A stretch of 64,000 nucleotides of DNA from an uncultured Gammaproteobacteria bacterium (GCA_964523905.1 CAZFYQ010000001.1:40718-104717), one strand, 5' to 3'. Shown: positions 47,597 through 56,729, counted from the stretch's first letter. Notes: generated from the letters alone by a model not told the origin. Made by a program: numbers and translations.

Positions 47597-47652
47597 TTGA
47601 CAAAGAGGTAAAAGATGTATATAAATAATAATATGTTATAAATTTATAACAT
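47597..47652 (+). promoter_or_regulatory. Promoter TTGACA-17-TATAAA with perfect 20-bp palindrome
   Basis: ATGTTATAAA-TTTATAACAT at 47633-47652. Confidence 0.65.
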
Positions 47653-47658
47653 GACTTT

Positions 47659-48018
47659 ATGCCTAACATCACTACAAAAGAAACAACAGTAACTAGTGGT
47701 GGAGGGAAAGCAGCCCAATCACAGACTATTGCGTATATTGTTTATTTTCTCTTTGGTGTGATTGAAATATTACTTTTGTTCCGTTTAGTATTTAGACTCT
47801 CAGGGGCTAATCCGGGCAGCAGTTTTGTAAGTTTTATCTATTCACTGACCCAATTATTTATAATGCCTTTTTCAGGGATATTTCCTCAAGCCAGCACCCA
47901 AGGCGTAGTTACAACTGCAGTTTTGGAGCCGGCAACGCTAGTTGCGCTTGTTGTATATGCTGTTTTAGCATGGGGGATTACGCAGTTAGTGGTGATATTG
48001 TCGGGGAGGCAAAAGTGA
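47659..48018 (+). CDS. YggT family membrane protein
   Basis: LLFRLVFRLSGANP...FIMPFSGIF. Confidence 0.82.
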   Translation: MPNITTKETTVTSGGGKAAQSQTIAYIVYFLFGVIEILLLFRLVFRLSGANPGSSFVSFIYSLTQLFIMPFSGIFPQASTQGVVTTAVLEPATLVALVVYAVLAWGITQLVVILSGRQK

Positions 48019-49225
48019 AAAGTATGAAAATCTATTACCGCTCTCTACGGGGGGGGTAGGAAAATTTACAGCTTTTGTTTTAGCATTACTACTGGTTTTC
48101 ATCACTGTCGGTTTTACAACTCCATCAAAAGTATTTGCTGCCACTTCACCCACACTAAGTGCGTTAAGTAATTACTCTGTTTTGGGTGGGGCAGCAGTAA
48201 CCTGTACTGGTGCAACTACTACAACAGGTGCTGTGGGGGTTTCTCCCGGCACCTCCATTACCGGTTTTCCCAGTCCGTGTACTGCAGGGGGTGGGACACA
48301 GTCTAATAACGCGAGTGCAATAGCTGCCCAAGCCGAAGCCCTATCTACATTCGCTACTCTTAACCAAACCTGTGATCAGACTTTTGGGGCAGTGGATTTA
48401 ACTGCTACCTTTCCCTCTGGTGTTGGCCCAGGCGTCTATTGTTCCACTAGCAGTTTCACTCTAACGGGAAATCTAAATCTGACCGGCTCAGGGGTTTGGA
48501 TTTTTAAATCTGTATCCACAATTATTACCTCTCCAGGCTCTTCTGTGACCGGAGGGGATGCTTGCAACATCTGGTGGAGGGTGGGTAGCTCTGCTACTCT
48601 TGATACAACAACTTCATTTAAAGGAAATCTTTTTGCTCTTAATGGCACTACCGCCCTGAATGCAGGCGCAACCGTGGACGGTCGGATTGTCGGACTAGCT
48701 GCCAATACCGTGACTTTAAACGCCAACACGATTAGTGGACCTACCTGTGCTGCTGCTGCCTCTAGCTCGTCTTCAGCCTCCGGTTCCAACGGTTCCAGCA
48801 GTTCCAATGGGCCAACTGCTCCATTTTGTCCAACTCTTGCAAGCACAATAATTGCACCCAGTATAATAGAGTCAAGAAGAGTTAGCCCTACCAGTGTCTT
48901 TGTTAGCTGGGGTCCATACTCTGGAGTTAATACATTTAATGTGCAATATGGTCTGACCAACGGGAGCTGGTTGTATAACGTGGATGTTAGTGGATTCTCT
49001 ACTACTATTAATAATCTTCCGGCAAACCAACCAATCTGGGTTAGAGTGGCAGCCAGAAGTGATTGTAGGGTAGGAACGTATGGAGAGTCAAAACTTGTTG
49101 GAGGACCAGGTTTGCCAAATACAGGGCTCGCTCCCCCACAGAGCAACATTCCCTGGTATATTCCAGCTGGTGTTTTGCTGCTTTTGTCCTCTTGTCTAAT
49201 CGGTATCTATGGACGGACAAAATAA
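48015..49225 (+). CDS. Ice-binding-like (DUF3494) surface protein with LPNTG sorting signal, frameshifted at G8 (48049-48056)
   Basis: GAVGVSPGTSITGF, PGVY, NIWWRVGSSATL, FKGN; LPNTG-TM-RTK; signal peptide lies upstream of the 48182 ORF and joins the start codon only with G9 or G6. Confidence 0.85.
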
Positions 49226-49842
49226 AGCAACTCATGGGTCCCAAGTTCAGAAAAACCTTTTCAATAGCAGTGTTTGTACTACTGTCTATAATCTCGTTTT
49301 CCTATCTAATCTTTATTTTAAACAAACAAAGCGCGGTGGTTTATGCAAGCAGCCCGCTTGTTTTTGAACCAATATTATCAGCCGAAGTTCAAAAAAGGAG
49401 CCAAATATTACCGGTCCGCCTTAGAATTCCCAGTATCAATGTTGATGCTGCTGTTGAAAATGTCGGTCTAACGCCTGCAGGCGCAATGGAAGTACCAAGT
49501 AATATACTTGATGTTGGATGGTATACGCTTGGATCCCTTCCTGGCGCAACAGGCAGCGCTGTTATTTCCGGACATTTTGACGGCAGTACTGGTGAATCAG
49601 GGGTGTTTAATAATTTGGATAAATTAAAGCCGGGAGATAAAATATATGTTGTAAATGATCAAGGAGCAACTATTGTTTTTGTGGTTCGGGAAAGTCGAAC
49701 TTATAATCCGGGATATGCAGATGACGTTTTTTTCCCAAACGACAATGGCACACACCTCAATCTTATTACCTGTGATGGCGTGTGGGATGGAGCAAAAAAG
49801 AGTTATAGTAAACGTCTGGTAGTATTTTCAGATATTCTTTAA
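49192..49842 (+). CDS. Class F sortase
   Basis: PVRLRIPSI, VGWY, AVISGH, LNLITC, KRLVV; start may be ATG 49234. Confidence 0.9.
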   Translation: MSNRYLWTDKIKQLMGPKFRKTFSIAVFVLLSIISFSYLIFILNKQSAVVYASSPLVFEPILSAEVQKRSQILPVRLRIPSINVDAAVENVGLTPAGAMEVPSNILDVGWYTLGSLPGATGSAVISGHFDGSTGESGVFNNLDKLKPGDKIYVVNDQGATIVFVVRESRTYNPGYADDVFFPNDNGTHLNLITCDGVWDGAKKSYSKRLVVFSDIL

Positions 49843-49860
49843 AAAAGGAGGTGAACAAAA

Positions 49861-50067
49861 ATGGCAAAAAATGACAAGGGCATGAATCCAGTAGTAGCTG
49901 GAGCAATTGGAGTTGCAGCTGGTGTAGTAGCCGGTGCTGCGACTGTAGCATTAGCTAATGAGAAGAATCGTGAAATGATAGGTGACAAGTTGGAGGAGAT
50001 TAAAGAAGAGGTACAGGATAAGGTTGAAGATGTTAAGCAGGATATTGAAGAAAAGGCTCAAAAGTAG
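49861..50067 (+). CDS. YtxH-like small protein
   Basis: Gly/Ala TM then charged coiled coil; SD AAAGGAGGTG. Confidence 0.75.
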   Translation: MAKNDKGMNPVVAGAIGVAAGVVAGAATVALANEKNREMIGDKLEEIKEEVQDKVEDVKQDIEEKAQK

Positions 50068-50084
50068 GAATTGAAGTTTCATAA

Positions 50085-50213
50085 TCGTAGCAGGAAACCC
50101 TGCTTTCTTAAAGTAGGGTTGAATGCAAGATTACAGTCTTCCGCGGACACGGAAATGCTGCTACTTCTTGTAAACTTAGGAAGACCGCGGACTTTCAGTC
50201 CGCGGAAGTTTAT
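50085..50213 (+). mobile_element. Miniature non-autonomous IS200/IS605-like element (two end hairpins, no ORF)
   Basis: AGGA-AACCCTGCTTT-ctt-AAAGTAGGGTT-GAATGC and AGGAAGA-CCGCGGACT-ttc-AGTCCGCGG-AAG resemble IS605 left and right ends. Confidence 0.55.
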
Positions 50214-50218
50214 AAACG

Positions 50219-50255
50219 CCTCAGCTAACGTCGCAAGACCAGCTGAGGTTTTTTT
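50219..50255 (+). terminator. Intrinsic terminator
   Basis: CCTCAGCT...GTC-GCAA-GAC...AGCTGAGG followed by T7. Confidence 0.82.
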
Positions 50256-50288
50256 GATATAATCTTCCCATGGGGTAAAAAGTAATGC

Positions 50289-50318
50289 TTGACTATTATA
50301 TCAATATTGATATATAAT
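50289..50318 (+). promoter_or_regulatory. TA promoter with palindromic operator
   Basis: TTGACT-18-TATAAT overlapping perfect 18-bp palindrome TATATCAATATTGATATA (50297-50314). Confidence 0.8.
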
Positions 50319-50322
50319 AATT

Positions 50323-50679
50323 ATGGATTTTAATATTATCTATTACCAAGAAACCTCAGGAAAGTATCCTGTGGAAGAGTTTCTAATAGAGCTTAAAAGA
50401 ACAAATAGTATTCTTGCTGGGCAAGCTTTTAAAGGAATTGAGAAGCTAAGGAATAGAGCTTACCATAAAGAACCTTTATCAAAACATTTAGAACCAGGAT
50501 TATGGGAACTGAGAATTAAAACTGGAACGGATATATTAAGGATAATTTATACTTTTGAAAGGGGACAAATAATAATTTTATTACATAGTTTTGTAAAAAA
50601 AGATCAAAAAACACCGGTAAGCGAACTTGAAATGGCCAGGAGAAGATTAAAAGAGATAAAAACAAGAAAGGAGAAATAA
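50323..50679 (+). CDS. Type II TA toxin, RelE/HigB (Gp49-like)
   Basis: PVEEFL, KHLEPGLWELR, RIIY, LLHSFVKKDQKTP. Confidence 0.9.
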   Translation: MDFNIIYYQETSGKYPVEEFLIELKRTNSILAGQAFKGIEKLRNRAYHKEPLSKHLEPGLWELRIKTGTDILRIIYTFERGQIIILLHSFVKKDQKTPVSELEMARRRLKEIKTRKEK

Positions 50680-50680
50680 T

Positions 50681-51037
50681 ATGAACAGACCAAAAGATGA
50701 TTTAGATAGAACAATAGAACAAATTCTCAAGGAAGATCCTTCCTTTCAACAGGAATTGGATAAGGCCGATCGTGCGTGGGATATTGCTTTCCAAATTCGT
50801 GATCTGAGGGAAAAAGCGGGTTTAACCCAAAAGCGATTGGCGGAACTTGTGGGGACTAAGCAATCCAATATTGCCAGGATTGAAGATGCTGATTATACCA
50901 GCTACACCTTAACTACCTTAGAAAAAGTTACTAAAGCCCTTAAAGCTAAATTGGAAATCAGAATTGTTTCTACTAAATATAGAAATCACGCACATAAAGA
51001 ATCCTACCCGGCCGTTTCCCACAGAATTTCCAAATAA
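50681..51037 (+). CDS. XRE-HTH antitoxin (HigA-like)
   Basis: LREKAGLTQKRLAELVGTKQSNIARIE; toxin-first order. Confidence 0.9.
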   Translation: MNRPKDDLDRTIEQILKEDPSFQQELDKADRAWDIAFQIRDLREKAGLTQKRLAELVGTKQSNIARIEDADYTSYTLTTLEKVTKALKAKLEIRIVSTKYRNHAHKESYPAVSHRISK

Positions 51038-51079
51038 CCCCGTTTCCTTTTAGCCACAAAAAGAGTAAAATTTCTCCAT

Positions 51080-51676
51080 ATGGAAAATATTATCTCAACA
51101 GAACAAGAATCTCCTACACAAGAAGTCAGAAAAATAGCTGAAGATTATTTGGATGAAAATTACAAATTCATAACTGGGTTAAGAGCCAGAATGCAATTTT
51201 TTATGGCTGGAAATTTGGCATTTCAAGAAATAGGAGCAGAGCTGGTTAGGATGGGGTATCCAGAGGACTCTTGGCCCAAAGCATTCCTTTGTGAAATTTC
51301 GGATACTGAGACTGCTCATGAACATAATATTCATGACTTTAATCCCAAAACTCATGCCAAAGGTTTTTATCTTAATAATACTTTTGCCACTCCAGGAGAT
51401 GAATTAAGATCAAGAGTAGTAAGTATCTCATTTATTGAGTTAGATGCAGGTCTCTCCAGAAAGTTTTACGATGATAAGACGGGTCAAGAAAAAAAAGAAT
51501 TTCTAGCTAAAATTTTGGAAAGACCAATTGTTCAAACACCAGGTGACGATAAAGCAACAACGTATCCACCTCATGCAGTTGTGCTGATGTCTGATAAAGC
51601 CGGGAAATACCAAATTGAGGATTTAGCAGTATCTGATAAATGGTTAGCAAATGCCCCAAATAGCAAAGGTCAATAA
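51080..51676 (+). CDS. Hypothetical protein
   Basis: 198-aa ORF abutting ychF. Confidence 0.65.
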   Translation: MENIISTEQESPTQEVRKIAEDYLDENYKFITGLRARMQFFMAGNLAFQEIGAELVRMGYPEDSWPKAFLCEISDTETAHEHNIHDFNPKTHAKGFYLNNTFATPGDELRSRVVSISFIELDAGLSRKFYDDKTGQEKKEFLAKILERPIVQTPGDDKATTYPPHAVVLMSDKAGKYQIEDLAVSDKWLANAPNSKGQ

Positions 51677-52741
51677 ATGAGTCTTAAAGTTGGAATTGTG
51701 GGGTTGCCGAATGTTGGGAAGTCTACTTTATTTAATGCGCTTTTGAAAAAAAGAGTTGCGCTTTCTGCAAATTATCCTTTTGCGACAGTAGAACCTAATG
51801 TTGGAGTGGTGGCTGTACCAGATGACAGATTAAATAAGCTGGCAGAACTGGTAAAAGCAGAGGAAAAGATGGCGAATTTGCCACCTTTAGTTCCGGCAGT
51901 TGTGGAATTTGTCGATATTGCGGGACTGGTTAAAGGAGCTTCTACCGGAGCTGGTTTAGGGAATAAATTTTTGTCCCATATTAGGGAAGTAGATGCCATT
52001 ATTCATGTGCTGCGGGATTTTACAGATCCTAATATTGTTAGAGAAGGTAGTGAAAGCCCGGATGCGGATCGGTTAACCATTGAAACAGAACTGGGGCTGG
52101 CGGATTTACAGGTTCTGGAAAAGCTCGTGTTAGACAAAACTTTAGAAAAAGAACAGTTGGATATTTTAAACAGAATTTCTGAAGAGTTAAATGCCGGGCA
52201 TATTTTAGGCCATTTTGAAGTGGGGGAAAAACTGAAACCGTGGTTTGAGAAGCTGCCGTTGCTAGCCATAAAGCCGGTGCTTTATGTATATAACGTGGCT
52301 GAGGAGGATTTAAGATTTAAGATTAAAGATTTAAGAAATGACAACGAGATCGTCATATCAGCCAAGGTAGAGGAAGAGTTGGTGGATTTAACAGAACCTG
52401 AGCGGCTGGAATATCTCAAGGAAATGGGAGCTGAAGAAACAGGTTTAGAAAAATTAATTAAAGCAGCTTACAAGCTGTTGGGACTGGCTTCATATTTAAC
52501 AGCCGGAAAAAAAGAAGTCCGGGCCTGGACCATTAAAAAAGGCATGAAAGCTCCACAGGCAGCGGGTGTGATCCACACTGATTTTGAAAAAGCATTTATT
52601 AGAGCACAAGTAGTTGAATATCAAAAACTAATCGAAGCCGGAACTATGTCCGCTGCTAAATCCAAAGGTTGGGTGCGTACAGAGGGTAAAGATTATGAAG
52701 TCAAAGACGGAGACGTTATTGAATTCCTAATTGGTAGCTAA
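51677..52741 (+). CDS. ychF: Ribosome-associated ATPase YchF
   Basis: GIVGLPNVGKSTLFNAL, DIAGLVKGA, APQAAGVIHTDF, EGKDY. Confidence 0.96.
   Translation: MSLKVGIVGLPNVGKSTLFNALLKKRVALSANYPFATVEPNVGVVAVPDDRLNKLAELVKAEEKMANLPPLVPAVVEFVDIAGLVKGASTGAGLGNKFLSHIREVDAIIHVLRDFTDPNIVREGSESPDADRLTIETELGLADLQVLEKLVLDKTLEKEQLDILNRISEELNAGHILGHFEVGEKLKPWFEKLPLLAIKPVLYVYNVAEEDLRFKIKDLRNDNEIVISAKVEEELVDLTEPERLEYLKEMGAEETGLEKLIKAAYKLLGLASYLTAGKKEVRAWTIKKGMKAPQAAGVIHTDFEKAFIRAQVVEYQKLIEAGTMSAAKSKGWVRTEGKDYEVKDGDVIEFLIGS
52305..52339 (+). repeat. Five tandem heptamers (AAGATTT-like) inside ychF
   Basis: aggattt aagattt aagatta aagattt aagaaat, encoding DLRFKIKDLRN. Confidence 0.75.
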
Positions 52742-53914
52742 ACTTCTTACTGCTTGTTGTCGGCGGTTTTGTAAATCAAGGATATATTCCAAATGCCGAC
52801 CATACTGGTTGCCAAGCATTGCAATGTCGTGTAATTCTCCAAAAGCAGGTATTCTTAAATAATCACGACCCTCTAATGATAATAGACTTTCATAAATATA
52901 TTGCCCACTACTTTTCAAGGATCTTTCCCAGTCATTAAGCCGTCCTGTCAGATCAATCTGTGATCGAGACAGGTCTGCTTTTAATTCGCCATCATAACGG
53001 GTTTTAGAAATACAATCCACTACCGCGGCTGTAAAGTAAAAAGAGAATATTTGGAAGGGGAGTAACGGGCCCTGTTTATCTGTTTGGCCACGGGTTAAGG
53101 GATCAAGAGCTGCTATTTTATCTTCCAAATTTGGTAATGGGTAACGTCTTTGAAAAGTTTCAAATCCCAGCAGATTAAGTTCACCCGTTAGTACTTGAGC
53201 TGCTCTTTGGACCATGCGTTTCTTAGCATATGGCCCGATATTAGCAAATAGTTCTTTTGTGGAACGGCGTACTGCATATTCATCTAAGCGTTCGCCACTT
53301 AAAAGACGGACATAAATACAGGCAACGTCGCCATTTTCCTTAACTTTTTCTAAATTACTTAAGGCATTATAGCGTTTTTCATCATCTGCAGTTAATCCTA
53401 AGCCCTCATACCATTTTTTAAACTCTTGATGGTCTATTACTAAAATTGCCAACCCGCGTGAAGTCCGGCCAGCTAAAGCAGCTACTTCGTTGCTAATATC
53501 CATATCCATTTGAGCATGTCTCACTCCGAAAAAACCAAGAGGATCATGGCTTGGTTCACCATGAAAATTCGTGGCCCGAAATGACATTCCCGGACCTTTT
53601 GCATTTACTTGATTGAAACAATCTGCCCATTCATCAATCAGACGAGTATGAAATGATAAATTAACGCCTCGATGCATCGTAGGAGCTTGAGTAAAATTTA
53701 TCCGCAGACTGTTTCTACCAACAGCAAAATACCCGGCTCTTTTAATTATTTCATCTTCATTAAATAATCTAGTTAGTTTCGGATCAGTCACTCCGGCCAT
53801 CATTTCCGGGTTAAAATGCACGCTTGCAATCACCTGTCGGGGCAGGGGTTCCCAATAGCCGCCACAAGACAATTCGTTTCTATGGACAGTAGTCATTTCA
53901 GGATTTATATTCAT
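52727..53914 (-). CDS. Hypothetical protein, possibly SelO/kinase-like fold
   Basis: NAKGPG, PLGFFG, IYVR, QIDLTGRLND. Confidence 0.5.
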   Translation of the reverse strand: MNINPEMTTVHRNELSCGGYWEPLPRQVIASVHFNPEMMAGVTDPKLTRLFNEDEIIKRAGYFAVGRNSLRINFTQAPTMHRGVNLSFHTRLIDEWADCFNQVNAKGPGMSFRATNFHGEPSHDPLGFFGVRHAQMDMDISNEVAALAGRTSRGLAILVIDHQEFKKWYEGLGLTADDEKRYNALSNLEKVKENGDVACIYVRLLSGERLDEYAVRRSTKELFANIGPYAKKRMVQRAAQVLTGELNLLGFETFQRRYPLPNLEDKIAALDPLTRGQTDKQGPLLPFQIFSFYFTAAVVDCISKTRYDGELKADLSRSQIDLTGRLNDWERSLKSSGQYIYESLLSLEGRDYLRIPAFGELHDIAMLGNQYGRHLEYILDLQNRRQQAVRSLATN

Positions 53915-53988
53915 AGCCGATAATATTACCTAATTTGAGCAGATATTTCCACAAGTTAAGTTGATCTTTACTATAGGGTCTAGTATAA

Positions 53989-55872
53989 TTGTCATGTATG
54001 ATGGAATTGGAAATTGAAAATACGTATGCCAGGATTTTCCATGGTGACTTTGACCAACCTGAAGTTAACGGTACAGTATTACCAACTTTTAACCGTGTGG
54101 CAATTATTGGAGCAGGGGGAAAAGTAGGCAGTTTAATTACTGAAAACTTATCTCAGGTTCCAGGATTATCAGTGGATCCAGTTTTTCGAGGCGGAATTGC
54201 CACCGAAATGGCTAAGCATCCGGATTTGGTTATCCTGGCTACACCTAATCCAGCAGATCAACCACTTGAAGAATTAGCTGCTGCCTCCCAGGAGCCTTAT
54301 ATCTTGGTATTGATGCAAAATGGTATTGGAGTTGCGTCTGTAGCAGAAAGAAAGTTTAAGCTGGCTAAATCTAGAGGGAATGTGAGGATAGCCAGAGTTC
54401 TTTTACGTACTACTTTAGCTGAGGATGAGGAAGGCCATTTAATCTATGATCCTAAACAAAAGAAAATTGCATTATCACCCGTATATCATAAAGATGAACC
54501 TGATGCTGAAACTGATTTAGCTGTTGAGCAAACCTCCAGACTATTTGCCGCCACTGGATTTGAAGTAACACCGGTTAATAATTTCCGTACAGCAGAATTA
54601 GGGAAAAATGTGCTTAACTCTTTGGGACTCCTAGCCGCTGTTTTGCCGGGTTATGAAACTTGGCAAGACATTGCTTCGGATCGAAAGTTATTTGGTATAG
54701 CGCATGAGGCTATTTGCGAAAGTATTGATGTTCCAACTGCCGCAGGTAAAAAACCTGCTGAAATCTGGGAAGTAGGTAAGCTTAAGATGCTGGCTCGGGT
54801 ACCAGCACGAGTAATTAATGATCAAGGGGTGTTAGGAAATCAAGTTAGAGAGACTCTTGGTAATAAATTAGCCAAAGCTAGAAATAACCTTTTGCCAGCA
54901 ACGGCCGTAGCCATAAAAAATGGTGCCAAAGAAGTAGAAGCAACTGAAAGTGTACTGGCACCAATAATCCATTTAGCCAGTGGAAACGGTTTGGAAGCAC
55001 CAGTACACAGGGCAATTTATCAATTATTGAAAAGACACGCAAGCTCACGTAATAGTTTTTCCTTAACTGATTTAACACAGGAGGAACAAAGGCAAGAATT
55101 GTTGGACATTGTGGAGTTGGAAAAAGACCCGGTGTTTGTTGAGCAAGCTCAGGTGCGAGGAATTCCATATAAAAAGATACTTCTAGAGGCTCTTTTTAAT
55201 CACTATGCCGATACAGTCACTATTACTGGGGAGGAAAATTTAGCACCGATTACAGAAACTTTAGAGCAAGGTCTAAGTTTTTTGCTACTGTCAAATCACC
55301 GGGGGCATGCTGACCATGCTTTGCATATGATTGCACTCAGGAAAAGCCTACCAGCATCAGTTCGGCATGTTCCAGTTTATATTGTGGCCAATCGAATTTT
55401 TGATATAGAAGATATTTCTAATTGGTTTAGTGCCGCTTATGCTCACCCAATTGTTAGTACTTTAAATCGTGATGATAATGAAGAGACCGAGTGGCGTGCG
55501 CAAATTTTTAATGACCGCGCTCTTAAAAAGATGAGAATTGTGTTAAAAGAACCAGCTATTGTTCTGGTCTATCCAGAAGGAACCAGGAATCGTCATCCGG
55601 ATGATGGTTTGAATCCTCCTGCTTTTCATAGTTCCGACTGGCTTTTTAATGCTAATTTTGGTCGGGTTGGAACCGCGGCAGTGTCAGGTACGGAAAAAAT
55701 GTTGACCCCGGGTGCAGGGTGGCCGCAACATGCGGATTTAACAATCCATTATAATGAGACAGAAGATCCTGCAAGCTTAAGAAAAGAGAGAATATTTATT
55801 CCTAGAGATAAACGGGATGAATATTTCATGGGCCGGTTTATGAAACAAATTGAAGCAGCCTTGGTAGCCTAA
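53989..55872 (+). CDS. Ketopantoate-reductase-like Rossmann domain fused to PlsC-type acyltransferase
   Basis: IIGAGGKVG, LMQNGIG, K.VLN; SNHRGHAD (HxxxxD), YPEGTR. Confidence 0.72.
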   Translation: MSCMMELEIENTYARIFHGDFDQPEVNGTVLPTFNRVAIIGAGGKVGSLITENLSQVPGLSVDPVFRGGIATEMAKHPDLVILATPNPADQPLEELAAASQEPYILVLMQNGIGVASVAERKFKLAKSRGNVRIARVLLRTTLAEDEEGHLIYDPKQKKIALSPVYHKDEPDAETDLAVEQTSRLFAATGFEVTPVNNFRTAELGKNVLNSLGLLAAVLPGYETWQDIASDRKLFGIAHEAICESIDVPTAAGKKPAEIWEVGKLKMLARVPARVINDQGVLGNQVRETLGNKLAKARNNLLPATAVAIKNGAKEVEATESVLAPIIHLASGNGLEAPVHRAIYQLLKRHASSRNSFSLTDLTQEEQRQELLDIVELEKDPVFVEQAQVRGIPYKKILLEALFNHYADTVTITGEENLAPITETLEQGLSFLLLSNHRGHADHALHMIALRKSLPASVRHVPVYIVANRIFDIEDISNWFSAAYAHPIVSTLNRDDNEETEWRAQIFNDRALKKMRIVLKEPAIVLVYPEGTRNRHPDDGLNPPAFHSSDWLFNANFGRVGTAAVSGTEKMLTPGAGWPQHADLTIHYNETEDPASLRKERIFIPRDKRDEYFMGRFMKQIEAALVA

Positions 55873-55878
55873 AGAAGA

Positions 55879-56304
55879 TTATTGGCTAGAAGGAGTGTTA
55901 TTGTTTCTCCCTAGAAACTTAGATGCGAGGTAAGTTAGATCAGAGGTTTCAGCTATTGCTGCGGTAGCAAAAAGAAGTCTCATTCCATGATTAAGTGTTT
56001 CTCCTGGGTTGCTGTCACCAACCCCCTTTAAGAATTGCATTGATTCTGGAGCAATAAAGCCACCAGCTATGCTGCCAATAATAACAGCCCCGGTAGCGAC
56101 ACTGGCGATAACAGCTGTTCTTCTTGATATTGGTGTTGCTGATTCGATAGGATAGGTATAGCCGGCGGCTCTCAGTTTTTGAATAGCTTCCTCGCGACCT
56201 AGCAGCTTTTTAGCAGGCGCATTTGCTGGTAGAGAAGGAAAGTTCTCGCTATTAGCCGCTTCCAAAGCTTCTTCTGGGCCTAGCTCTGTTTCAGTTCTGA
56301 TCAT
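55879..56304 (-). CDS. Hypothetical membrane protein
   Basis: ISRRTAVIASVATGAVIIG hydrophobic segment. Confidence 0.6.
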   Translation of the reverse strand: MIRTETELGPEEALEAANSENFPSLPANAPAKKLLGREEAIQKLRAAGYTYPIESATPISRRTAVIASVATGAVIIGSIAGGFIAPESMQFLKGVGDSNPGETLNHGMRLLFATAAIAETSDLTYLASKFLGRNNNTPSSQ

Positions 56305-56364
56305 AAGTTACTCATTCTATCAGAACTATTGAATTTATTCTAGGTTCACTGTACAATAGCCCCT

Positions 56365-56643
56365 GTGAACGATTATTTACTGACTTTAGTTTTAAAACCA
56401 GACCTGGATGAAAAGGCTCGCAAAGAGCTGTTGGATGATGTGGAGAAAAGATTAAAATCCGAAGGTGGAAAATTCAAGGCTGATATGTGGGGAGAAAGAG
56501 AACTGGCTTATCCAATCAAAAAGCAAAATAAAGGCTATTTTGTGCACTTGGAAGTGACCACTGAGCCACAAGTGGCCCGTGCTATTGACAAAGATTTGAA
56601 AGTAGAAGACAATCTGCTCAGATATTTATTGGTAAGGAGATAG
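56365..56643 (+). CDS. rpsF: 30S ribosomal protein S6
   Basis: WGERELAYPIKK, LLRYLLV. Confidence 0.95.
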   Translation: MNDYLLTLVLKPDLDEKARKELLDDVEKRLKSEGGKFKADMWGERELAYPIKKQNKGYFVHLEVTTEPQVARAIDKDLKVEDNLLRYLLVRR

Positions 56644-56644
56644 G

Positions 56645-56729
56645 AATTTCAAATAAGTACCAATAAACCAATATCAAATGTTTGAATGGATTCCATTTCT
56701 TTCATTTGAAATTTGGCATTTGAAATTGG
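56645..56729 (+). repeat. Imperfect inverted repeat built from short TCAAAT/ATTTGA units
   Basis: AATTTCAAAT and CCAATATCAAATG complement CATTTGAAATT(T)GG, present twice. Confidence 0.6.

Noticed and set aside
48436-49149. 237-aa antisense ORF
   Set aside because: Shadow of the ice-binding gene, as with the many other antisense ORFs inside confident genes
50071-50262. 63-aa ORF
   Set aside because: Spans the hairpin element and terminator; better explained as non-coding
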